Assembly (NCBI GenBank): GCA_025059535.1
Contig: JANXCX010000006.1
Coordinates: 10,913-74,912 of the forward strand
Reading direction: 5' to 3'
DNA: 64,000 bases
Origin: Bacteroidia bacterium
Lineage (GTDB): Bacteria; Bacteroidota; Bacteroidia; SpSt-205
The position numbers and the translations under genes were made by a program. Within the stretch, counting starts at the first letter, position 1. Each line of letters starts with the position of its first letter. The notes beneath the pieces were generated by a model. The model saw only the letters and a list, made by a program, of their open reading frames with translations, did not search any database and was not told the DNA's origin. Below are positions 1 to 7,708 of this stretch, piece after piece.

Positions 1-488
1 GCCCCCGCATTGATATGACGCCCATGGTGGATTTGGGCTTTTTACTGCTTACTTTCTTCGTGCTCACTACCACTATGTCTACCCCCAATACAATGCCCGT
101 GGTAGTACCGCCTAAGATTACCGAGAAAGATGAGGTAGAGCCGCCAAAGATTGCCGAGGGTAAGGTAATTACTCTGCTGGTAGGACGAGGAAAAGTATAT
201 TACTATACAGGCATAGAAAAGCCTGAACTTCATCAGACTGACTTTTCCCCGCAGGGAGGCGTGCGGCGGGTGCTTCTCCAGCGACGCCAAGAGGTAGCCG
301 CACGCTACGGAAACCCCGACGAAATGATCGTTATAATCAAGATGCTGGACGAAGCTCAATATAAGGACTTTGTGGATATCTTGGATGAGATGAATATCAT
401 TCAGCAGCGTAAATATGCCTTAGTGGATATTACCAAGGAAGAAGCAGAAATGGTAGAGGAGTACAAAAAGCAAATAAAGTCCTCTTAG
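1..488 (+). CDS. exbD: Biopolymer transport protein ExbD/TolR, 5'-partial at the window edge (the frame is open upstream of the first ATG at 15)
   Basis: N-terminal TM segment MTPMVDLGFLLLTFFVLTT matches the ExbD/TolR signature. ~150 aa. Immediately followed by tonB. Confidence 0.7.
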   Translation, partial: PRIDMTPMVDLGFLLLTFFVLTTTMSTPNTMPVVVPPKITEKDEVEPPKIAEGKVITLLVGRGKVYYYTGIEKPELHQTDFSPQGGVRRVLLQRRQEVAARYGNPDEMIVIIKMLDEAQYKDFVDILDEMNIIQQRKYALVDITKEEAEMVEEYKKQIKSS

Positions 489-491
489 CCT

Positions 492-1304
492 ATGAAGGCG
501 GCGGCGTTTGATTGGGATGACAGGCTATTTGCGCGCCGGAACAAGGAGTATGGCGCTTACTTCCTCCGCAAAAACTATGTGCGCCACACTTTGGGAGCTT
601 TACTTATTGCAATTAGTGGCGTTGGTATAGGCATAGCGGTGCCCTTCGTAAAGGCCTATATAGAGGCGAAGCTCCATGGGCTCAAGCGGGAGAAGCGGCG
701 CGCGGTTATTACTGAGCTTATGGAGCCGCCTCCAATAGATAAGAAGAATGAGCCACCGCCGCCTCCGATAGAGCAGCCCCCGCCCCCCCCTCAAAGAGCT
801 CAAATCAAGTTTGTACCCCCGCAAGTAGTCAAGGAAGAGGAGGCGCGTAAGGAAGAAACTATCGCCAACATAGATACCCTAATGAAAGTAGACCCTGGCA
901 CCAAAGATGTACAAGGCGACCCCAATGCTATCCCTGAAATAGGAGAGGTAGGCGGTACGGGCAATCAGCCTGTAGAAGTCGTGGAGAAAGAAGAGGACCC
1001 AGATCCTACGGCTTTTGTAGCGGTTGAAAAGGAGCCGCAACCGGTAAATATGGACGATATCCGGCGTCGCATAGGCTATCCCCCCCTAGCCAAGGAAGCT
1101 GGCATACAGGGAAAGGTAATCGTGCGCGTCCTGGTAGGCAAAACCGGAAAGTACGAAAAGCACATGGTACTACGCTCACCGCACAAAATCCTCACTGAGG
1201 CGGTAGAAAAGGAGCTGCCTAATCTGGAATTCACCCCTGGCATTCAAGCCGGCAAACCCATCAAAGTATGGGTTACCATTCCGTTTGACTTCCAGCTTAG
1301 ATGA
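492..1304 (+). CDS. tonB: Energy transducer TonB
   Basis: N-terminal TM segment, a long Pro/Glu/Lys-rich linker (PPPPPIEQPPPPP), and a C-terminal TonB domain (KVIVRVLVGKTGKYEKHMVL...KPIKVWVTIPFDF). Sits directly after exbD. Confidence 0.7.
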   Translation: MKAAAFDWDDRLFARRNKEYGAYFLRKNYVRHTLGALLIAISGVGIGIAVPFVKAYIEAKLHGLKREKRRAVITELMEPPPIDKKNEPPPPPIEQPPPPPQRAQIKFVPPQVVKEEEARKEETIANIDTLMKVDPGTKDVQGDPNAIPEIGEVGGTGNQPVEVVEKEEDPDPTAFVAVEKEPQPVNMDDIRRRIGYPPLAKEAGIQGKVIVRVLVGKTGKYEKHMVLRSPHKILTEAVEKELPNLEFTPGIQAGKPIKVWVTIPFDFQLR

Positions 1305-1891
1305 AAGTTTTGCCCTGGTTCTTGGGGATTTTTTTTCTGTGGGGTTGTCGTTCTTCTCTTTCGCCTATTTCGGATCGGTCGGCGGATTCTTCCCCTTCTG
1401 CGGTGGCTGAGCCTTCCAAAGGGTTAGTAGAACGGATTGCCGACAGTTTAGAACAGCCGGCGAAAGAATCTGCGCCCCCTTCACTGGCTTTGGCTGAGAG
1501 TACGGCTCGTGCTAAGCCGATGGCCGGCACCCAGCTACCCCCCCTCCGACGCGAGCCCTGGATGGATACCCTACTGGATTTGAGTCATGTACCGCCCCCT
1601 AATAGTGCGGTGGAGTTAGAAGAGGAAGCCATACCCCAAAACCTTTCGTCGGTGGAAATTCTCCTCAGCCATCGCTTGCGTCCTACTACCCCTCTGCGAG
1701 TTACTCTGCGCGCCTACATAGGAGAAGAAGGACGCGTGCGCCGCATCCAAATTTTAGAAACTAGCGATACTAACCTGCAAATACAGCATCTAGTTCCTCC
1801 CTTATTGGAACTGCGGTGCAGCCCTGCTACCAACCGGGGACGGAATGTAGCCAGCTGGATTAAGGTTAAGCTGCATATCAAGCCACTATGA
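1301..1891 (+). CDS. Lipoprotein with a TonB-C-like C-terminal domain (hypothetical)
   Basis: ATGA overlap with the tonB stop. Signal peptide plus Cys (FFLWGC). C-terminal RVTLRAYIGEEGRVRRIQIL...WIKVKLHIK resembles a TonB C-terminal fold. Confidence 0.35.
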   Translation: MKVLPWFLGIFFLWGCRSSLSPISDRSADSSPSAVAEPSKGLVERIADSLEQPAKESAPPSLALAESTARAKPMAGTQLPPLRREPWMDTLLDLSHVPPPNSAVELEEEAIPQNLSSVEILLSHRLRPTTPLRVTLRAYIGEEGRVRRIQILETSDTNLQIQHLVPPLLELRCSPATNRGRNVASWIKVKLHIKPL

Positions 1892-2391
1892 AGATACCGG
1901 CTGAAATCGTACAAAACCTAAACGAACAGCTCAATCGTGAGCTATACGCCCATTATCTGTACCTCGTCATGGCCAGTTACTTTTTTGAACGCGAGCTAGC
2001 TGGCTTTGGTGCCTTCTTCCTCAAGCAGTCCGAAGAAGAACGGGAGCATGCTATGCGCCTCTTCCATTACCTCATGGAAAAAGGAGCTACCTTCAATCCG
2101 CTCCCCATTGAGATTCCGCCTAAAAATTATGAGTCCCCTGTGAGCTGTTTTCAATTAGCTTACGAATACGAGCAGAAGGTTACGCTGAGCTACTACAATT
2201 TGCTCAAAAAGGCGCGCGACCTGGGCGAGTATGACGTAGAGGAGTTTCTCTGGTGGTATATTCGGGAGCAGCGGGAGGAGGAGGCTCTCATGCAATACTG
2301 GCTTACGCGTACGACTTTAGTGAAAGATAATAACGCCGGACTTTTGCTTTTGGATAAAGAGGCCCGTAAGTATGCCCGCAAGCGCGACTGA
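1888..2391 (+). CDS. Ferritin-like (non-heme ferritin / Dps superfamily)
   Basis: LNEQLNRELYAHYLYLVMASYF...EEREHAMRLFHYL is a typical ferritin di-iron helix pattern. 167 aa. ATGA-coupled to the upstream gene. Confidence 0.75.
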   Translation: MKIPAEIVQNLNEQLNRELYAHYLYLVMASYFFERELAGFGAFFLKQSEEEREHAMRLFHYLMEKGATFNPLPIEIPPKNYESPVSCFQLAYEYEQKVTLSYYNLLKKARDLGEYDVEEFLWWYIREQREEEALMQYWLTRTTLVKDNNAGLLLLDKEARKYARKRD

Positions 2392-3269
2392 TGCGGCGTG
2401 CCCGGCTGCTCCATAGCCCAGAAGTAGTGGAAATATTGAGCTTAGATACGGCTCAGGGAATAGCTACGATACGGCGTCAGGGCTTTATCCAAAAGGTTCT
2501 CCTCAAGGACCTAGTGTGGGAAGAGCCGCCCTCCGCCCTAGCTCTTGGGGCAAGTAAAGCGCCTCTAGAGATTAGCTACCTCCGAGTTTCCCCCCGATTT
2601 GCCAGCGGCGAGGTTAGCCTTGAGATAGGCCATAACGGGCCTTATTCGGCTTTTTATGTCCTTTACCTTCGTCAGGGAACGGGTTTGTGGCAGGTTATTT
2701 GGCAAGGCGTCCTTGCCGCTGGGGAAATTTGCACGGAGCTTATTCGGCTTGCTGACTATCCCCCCCCTTGGGAGCTTAGGCTCCAGCGGTTGAGCTTACC
2801 GACGGCTGCCGTGCCCTATATAGACTCTCCTTTAGACCAAGTTTGGCACATACGCTATGCGGATTTTACCCGCGGTACCCCGTGGCAGGCCACTTTAGCT
2901 TCTTCCCACCCGAGTCTCCCTTCGGCGCCGCCTCCTCGCCTTTCGCCCGAAAGCCCTCCCTCCTACCCTGCTCCACCTAAGTCTACCCCAGCTGAATTTG
3001 TAGATTTACACATAGAGAAGCTAGCCCCTCAGTTGAAAGAGGCTGAGCCCGAAGTAATTTTTGCCTTTCAAGTGCGCTGCATGGAGAATTATCTGCACGC
3101 GTGTGCCCAAAATGGGCGTAGTTCTACTATAGTGATTCACGGGGTTGGCCGAAAAAAACTCAGAGAAGCTCTCTTACGCCTTTGTGCGGAAAACGGCTGG
3201 GCGCCTGAGCTTCTTCTTATCCCTCCCTATAAAGGAGGGGCTACACGGGTGCATTTCAAGTCAGGCTAA
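2391..3269 (+). CDS. Smr (small MutS-related) domain protein
   Basis: C-terminal DLH...IVIHGVGRKKLREALLRLCAENGW is an Smr motif. A Pro-rich linker precedes it. TGATG overlap with the ferritin gene. Confidence 0.6.
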   Translation: MRRARLLHSPEVVEILSLDTAQGIATIRRQGFIQKVLLKDLVWEEPPSALALGASKAPLEISYLRVSPRFASGEVSLEIGHNGPYSAFYVLYLRQGTGLWQVIWQGVLAAGEICTELIRLADYPPPWELRLQRLSLPTAAVPYIDSPLDQVWHIRYADFTRGTPWQATLASSHPSLPSAPPPRLSPESPPSYPAPPKSTPAEFVDLHIEKLAPQLKEAEPEVIFAFQVRCMENYLHACAQNGRSSTIVIHGVGRKKLREALLRLCAENGWAPELLLIPPYKGGATRVHFKSG

Positions 3270-3519
3270 TCGCACTAAATAGGAGGTCCTTTTAGCCACC
3301 CTAACGAAGACCTAAGCAGGGTTTAGGCAGGGAGGTCCTTCGGTGCTTTTCACTGCAAGGCCTGAGGAAATTCTCTATCGGGCTATTTTGTTGCCTTGAA
3401 GCGTGGGCCGAGGGAGAAAACGGCGGCGCACTTTCAATATTCCCGAGGAGTTACAAGGTCTTTCGCCGCGCATATTGGAGAACGGCGCGGTGGATTTGGG
3501 CATACCGCGGGAAAAGCTT

Positions 3520-4146
3520 CTACGTTTCTTGGAGCGGCTCCGTAGAGGGGAGGAAGGGGAGTAGGTTTTCTATGGGCCCGCTTCCTTGCCGCAGCACGCG
3601 CAGGGCGGCTAACCCTTCGCTCAGATCTAAGACTGTCGTTTGATTGGGTGGAAGGGGGCCTGCATCAAGAACCTCATCTACCTGAGCCGCATAGCTCGCC
3701 CACGACTCCAAAGGGACACTAGCCGTAACAATAGGACAGCTTAGGGCCTCCAGCAGGGCCTCTACCACCGGATAGGCTGAGACGCGAAAGCCTATAGTTT
3801 TTCTGTACCAGAGATGACGGGGAATAGCTGGCCCGGCACGCAGGATGACGGTATAAGGGCCAGGCCACAGGCGCCGTAATAACCTATAGGTAGGCGTATC
3901 TACCCCTAAAGCGTAGGTGCCTATGGCACTTACGCTGGGAAGGAATACGGAAAAGAGATTCTTATCTGGGCGTACTCCCTTGAGGCGGCACAGCCGTTCA
4001 AAGGCGGCTTTTTGCGAGATGAGGCAGCCTATGGCATAGGTTGTGTCGGTGGGATAAAGGACGATTCCCCCTCCTTCCAAGGCACGCTGAGCTCGCAGGA
4101 TAGCTCGCTTATGGGGTATACCCTCCCTAACCTCCCACCGAGCCAT
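3520..4146 (-). CDS. tsaC: L-threonylcarbamoyladenylate synthase, YrdC/TsaC type
   Basis: YPTDTTYAIGC motif and ~208 aa YrdC-like domain. Confidence 0.65.
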   Translation of the reverse strand: MARWEVREGIPHKRAILRAQRALEGGGIVLYPTDTTYAIGCLISQKAAFERLCRLKGVRPDKNLFSVFLPSVSAIGTYALGVDTPTYRLLRRLWPGPYTVILRAGPAIPRHLWYRKTIGFRVSAYPVVEALLEALSCPIVTASVPLESWASYAAQVDEVLDAGPLPPNQTTVLDLSEGLAALRVLRQGSGPIENLLPFLPSTEPLQET

Positions 4147-4928
4147 TAGAGCAGACCCAAGCGCTCCGCCAGCAGCTCAGCTATATCCTGAACGCGCACG
4201 CTGTCATATTTGCCCGCATGCTTTACCCCATCCGTAATCATCGTCATACAGAAAGGACAGCCCACGGCTATACGCTGGGGTTGTAGGGCGAGCAATTCTT
4301 CGGTGCGCTCAATGTTGATGTCTTTTCGGCCGGGTTCGGGTTCTTTGAACATTTGGGCGCCGCCGGCCCCGCAGCAAAGGGCAAAATCCCGATGGCGGGG
4401 TGGCTCCTGCAGCTCCATACCCGTATAGCGCAAGAGCCTGCGTGGGGCCTCATATTCGCCATTGCCTCGGCCTAAGTAGCAGGGGTCATGATATACAAGG
4501 CGGCCTTTTAGGTGCCCATCCGCTGGCAACCGCAAACGCCCTTCGGCAATAAGCTTGTAGAGGTACTGCGTATGATGCCATACTTCAAAATCCCCGCCCA
4601 GCGCAGGGTATTCGTTCTTGAGCGTATTGAAGCAGTGGGGGCAGGTGGCTACTATAGTTTTTATCTCATAGCTCTTGAGTAGCTGAATATTCTGCAGGGC
4701 CAGCGTTTGGAAGAGGAAGTCGTTACCGGCCCGTTTGGCCGGGTCGCCGGTGCAGGATTCTTCGGTGCCTAGGATGCCCCAGCGTATGCCGGCGGCCTCT
4801 AGAAGCCGCACGAAGGCGCGGGCCACGCGTTGGGCCCGATCATCAAAGCTAGCGGCGCAGCCTACCCAATACAGCACTTCTGGCTTTTCACCCGCTGCCG
4901 CCCAGGCGCTAAGCAGGCGTCCTGGCAT
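4146..4928 (-). CDS. (Fe-S)-binding protein with two CCG (cysteine-rich) domains, GlpC/HdrD-like
   Basis: CPHCFNTLK and CCGAGG...GCPFCMTMI cysteine clusters. Stop overlaps the tsaC start. Confidence 0.65.
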   Translation of the reverse strand: MPGRLLSAWAAAGEKPEVLYWVGCAASFDDRAQRVARAFVRLLEAAGIRWGILGTEESCTGDPAKRAGNDFLFQTLALQNIQLLKSYEIKTIVATCPHCFNTLKNEYPALGGDFEVWHHTQYLYKLIAEGRLRLPADGHLKGRLVYHDPCYLGRGNGEYEAPRRLLRYTGMELQEPPRHRDFALCCGAGGAQMFKEPEPGRKDINIERTEELLALQPQRIAVGCPFCMTMITDGVKHAGKYDSVRVQDIAELLAERLGLL

Positions 4929-4931
4929 AAC

Positions 4932-6242
4932 TCAGGCGGAAAGGAGGGATTGGGCCCAGTTCGCCCTATCTGCGGCGGGTAAAGCCCACGGCGAGCCGTT
5001 ATTCTCCAAATTCACGAAAAGGACATTTAGCGTTTCGGGGGCCTGCGCAGCTTCCATGGTCATATACTGACGCAGGGCGAGGATAATCGCCAATGGATTT
5101 ATAAGCACGGGGCAGGCCCGCACGCAAGCCCCGCAGGTAGTACAAGCCCATATCTCCTCCGGGGTAATGTAATCCCCCAGGAGTGCCTTGCCGTCTGGCT
5201 CCCATTTGCCTGTGCGGTAAAGCGTGCGCTTGATCTCTTCCAGCCGATCGCGCGTGTCCATGAGAATCTTTCGGGGTGAGAGCTTTTTACCGGTTATATT
5301 CGCTGGGCATACGGCCGTACAGCGTCCGCATTCGGTGCAGGTGTAGGCATCAAGTAGGCTCTTCCAAGAGAGATCCGTAACATCCTTAGCCCCCAAGGTG
5401 CCATCTGCCTCGACAGAAGTCCCGTTAGCCAGCCCCAGACTTTCTCGGACGATAGCGGTTACCTGCGGTAGGGAGTCTAATTTGCCGACCGGCTCCTCCC
5501 GGGCATAATAGGTATTAGGAAAAGCCAAGAATATGTGAAGGTGTTTGGAAAAGGGGATATAATTGAGAAAGGCCAGAATACCCAGAATGTGGGCCCACCA
5601 GGCGGCGCGTTCAATGACTATAAGCGTATCATCCGACAACCCCGAAAAGAAGGGCATAAGCCAGCGGCTGATTGGAAAGGTACCTGCTGATAGATAAGGC
5701 CCTACCTGCCGAGCTTGCAAGAGCTGATCCGCTGCATTCATTACAAATAGAGCCACTACCAGTCCTATTTCCGTCCATAGGATTATGTTAGCGTCCAGCG
5801 GGGGCCATCCGCGCATCTCAGCTGTATGAAAACGCGGCACCTTAAGCACATTTCGGCGCCACAGAAAAATCACGGCCGCTACGAAGACCAGCGCCATGAA
5901 AATCTCGGCCGCCACGGTCATAGCGTCATAAAAGACACCCAAGTAAGGGGCAAGAACCCTATGGGTTCCAGCAAGGCCATCCAGAATTATTTCGGCTACC
6001 TCTAGGTTTATCACAAAGAAGCCTACATAAATCACCCAGTGCGCCAAAGCCGCTACGGGCTTATCCATCATGCGCTGTTGGAAAACTGCCACACGTAGCA
6101 TGCGCAGCCATCGCCGCAGGGGCGAATCCGAAGGCATATAGGGACGCCCCAAACGGATAGTCCGACTCAGCAGCCGTACATGATAGGCAAAAATCCCTAT
6201 AGCCGTTAGGAGGACTATGGCAAAAATTACCTGAGCCATCAA
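4932..6242 (-). CDS. Membrane-anchored 4Fe-4S dicluster oxidoreductase subunit
   Basis: CTECGRCTAVCP and CTTCGACVRACP ferredoxin motifs, plus multiple TM helices. Paired with the downstream CCG protein. Confidence 0.6.
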   Translation of the reverse strand: MMAQVIFAIVLLTAIGIFAYHVRLLSRTIRLGRPYMPSDSPLRRWLRMLRVAVFQQRMMDKPVAALAHWVIYVGFFVINLEVAEIILDGLAGTHRVLAPYLGVFYDAMTVAAEIFMALVFVAAVIFLWRRNVLKVPRFHTAEMRGWPPLDANIILWTEIGLVVALFVMNAADQLLQARQVGPYLSAGTFPISRWLMPFFSGLSDDTLIVIERAAWWAHILGILAFLNYIPFSKHLHIFLAFPNTYYAREEPVGKLDSLPQVTAIVRESLGLANGTSVEADGTLGAKDVTDLSWKSLLDAYTCTECGRCTAVCPANITGKKLSPRKILMDTRDRLEEIKRTLYRTGKWEPDGKALLGDYITPEEIWACTTCGACVRACPVLINPLAIILALRQYMTMEAAQAPETLNVLFVNLENNGSPWALPAADRANWAQSLLSA

Positions 6243-6265
6243 CTACCTAAACCTTTTACCGCCCT

Positions 6266-6481
6266 TCATTCTTCCTCAAAGAGGAATTCCTCACGAGAGG
6301 GGTAGTCTGGCCAGATGTCTTCCATGGATTCGTAGATAGTATCATCATCGGGAAGTTCCCGCAAATTTTCTAAGACTTCTATGGGTGCGCCGATCCGCTC
6401 GGCATAGTCTATCAGTTCGTTTCGGGTAGCTGGCCAGGGTGCATCCTCCAGATACGAGGCAAGCTCCAAGGTCCAGTACAT
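6266..6481 (-). CDS. DUF2795 family small acidic protein
   Basis: 71 aa, WPATRNELIDYAERIGAPIEVLENL pattern. -7 box 8 nt upstream. Confidence 0.45.
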   Translation of the reverse strand: MYWTLELASYLEDAPWPATRNELIDYAERIGAPIEVLENLRELPDDDTIYESMEDIWPDYPSREEFLFEEE

Positions 6482-6489
6482 ACCAAGGG

Positions 6490-6497
6490 CAAATATA
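6490..6497 (-). promoter_or_regulatory. -7 box TATATTTG (Bacteroidetes sigma-A type), 8 nt upstream of the DUF2795 ATG
   Basis: Minus strand reads TATATTTGCCCTTGGTATG. Identical 19-mer to the hpf upstream region. Confidence 0.45.
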
Positions 6498-6522
6498 CGA
6501 AATTTGCCTAGGCCGAGTTGGA

Positions 6523-6530
6523 TATTTTTG
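6523..6530 (+). promoter_or_regulatory. -7 box TATTTTTG, 4 nt upstream of the rhomboid ATG at 6535
   Basis: TATTTTTGcggcATG. Supports the internal start rather than the ORF-track start at 6439. Confidence 0.45.
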
Positions 6531-6534
6531 CGGC

Positions 6535-7089
6535 ATGGGTCTTACCGAAGGGATAATAGGTGCGTGTATCCTCCTCTCCTTTTGGGCGTGGGCCCAAGAA
6601 CGGCCAAGCGCTTTGTGGGTCAAATGGGGCCTCAGTCCGTACGCCGTACGCCACCATAGCGAATGGTACCGGCTTTTCACCAGCCTATTCTTTCACGGCG
6701 AAATTGTGCACCTTCTGGTAAATAGTCTCGTATTCTATTCTTTTGGGCGTCCTATGGAGCGGTATTATGGCTGGAAGGCTTATCTGGTCCTCCTTTTTAT
6801 CGGCGCCCTGGCAAGCGGGCTACTGACACTCTGGAGGTACAGAGAGGACTACCGCCACCTTAGCATCGGCCTTTCTGGGGTAGTAAGTGCGGTCCTTTTT
6901 GCCTATATTCTTCATTATCCCCGGGCTACGCTGCTCCTATTTGGCCTTTTACCTCTGCCCGCCTGGGTATTTGCGCTACTTTACGTGGGCTACAGCCTGT
7001 ATGCGGCCTTTGAGGAGAGGAGCTTTGTAAATCACTGGGCTCACTTAGGCGGGGCTTTGGGCGGCTTGGCTTTTGCCTATCTGACTTAG
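6535..7089 (+). CDS. Rhomboid family intramembrane serine protease
   Basis: GLSGVV (GxSG) and AHLGGALGG (catalytic His) motifs with 6 TM helices. Start moved to M33 of the ORF-track protein to avoid overlap with the minus-strand gene and to match the -7 box. Confidence 0.7.
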   Translation: MGLTEGIIGACILLSFWAWAQERPSALWVKWGLSPYAVRHHSEWYRLFTSLFFHGEIVHLLVNSLVFYSFGRPMERYYGWKAYLVLLFIGALASGLLTLWRYREDYRHLSIGLSGVVSAVLFAYILHYPRATLLLFGLLPLPAWVFALLYVGYSLYAAFEERSFVNHWAHLGGALGGLAFAYLT

Positions 7090-7689
7090 GTGCGCTACGC
7101 GCCTATACCCCCAGAGTTCTTCCTGCAGGATGTATGGACAGTAAGCCGAGCGCTATTGGGTAAAATCCTGATAGTAAGTTCGGCGGAGGGCGAAGCAGCG
7201 GTACGCCTCACAGAGGTAGAGGCTTATGCGGGCGTTTCGGATCGGGCCTGCCATGCGTATGGGGGACGTTACACGGCGCGCACCGCGCCTATGTTCCAAG
7301 TCGGGGGTACGCTCTACATCTACAAATGCTATGGCCTCCATCACCTGCTCAACCTCGTTACAGGCCCTGCCGGCGATCCCTGTGCCGTACTCATACGGGC
7401 TGGAGAGCCGCTCTGGGGAATTCCGCTTATGCAGGCCCGGCGCAAAGTCAAGGACCTCCACCGCCTTACCGTTGGACCAGGAAATTTTACCCAAGCCTTG
7501 GGAATTCCTCTAAGCTGGTCAGGTCAGAGCCTTTTTGACCATCCTTACCTAAAGCTGGTAGATGAGGGTTATGTGCCTTCAGAAATTGCGTCTGGCCCGC
7601 GTATAGGCGTGGCCTACGCCGGCCCCGATGCCCACCACCCCTGGCGCTACTGGATAAAGGGCTCCCCCTTCGTATCGCGCCCTTCTTAG
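7090..7689 (+). CDS. DNA-3-methyladenine glycosylase (MPG/AAG family)
   Basis: RLTEVEAYAG...DRACHAY...GGTLYIYKCYGLHHLLNLV is the MPG family signature. 199 aa. Confidence 0.75.
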   Translation: MRYAPIPPEFFLQDVWTVSRALLGKILIVSSAEGEAAVRLTEVEAYAGVSDRACHAYGGRYTARTAPMFQVGGTLYIYKCYGLHHLLNLVTGPAGDPCAVLIRAGEPLWGIPLMQARRKVKDLHRLTVGPGNFTQALGIPLSWSGQSLFDHPYLKLVDEGYVPSEIASGPRIGVAYAGPDAHHPWRYWIKGSPFVSRPS

Positions 7690-7696
7690 GCCTTTT

Positions 7697-7704
7697 TACC
7701 TTTG
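7697..7704 (+). promoter_or_regulatory. -7 box TACCTTTG, 4 nt upstream of the valS ATG
   Basis: TACCTTTGccttATG. Confidence 0.45.
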
Positions 7705-7708
7705 CCTT

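Noticed and set aside
42-359. Numerous 60-130-aa ORF-track entries antisense to or overlapping long genes (for example 42-359, 600-824, 1297-1530, 7153-7494, 9628-10038, 32566-32889, 40219-40620)
   Set aside because: In a roughly 60% GC genome, stop-free antisense frames are expected. Each lies inside a longer ORF with clear family signatures.
777-800. Homopolymeric C8/G8 tracts (777-800, 2760-2770, 21066-21075, 52801-52810) as possible phase-variation sites
   Set aside because: All lie in-frame within Pro/Gly codon runs of a GC-rich genome. There are no contingency-locus features and the tracts are short.
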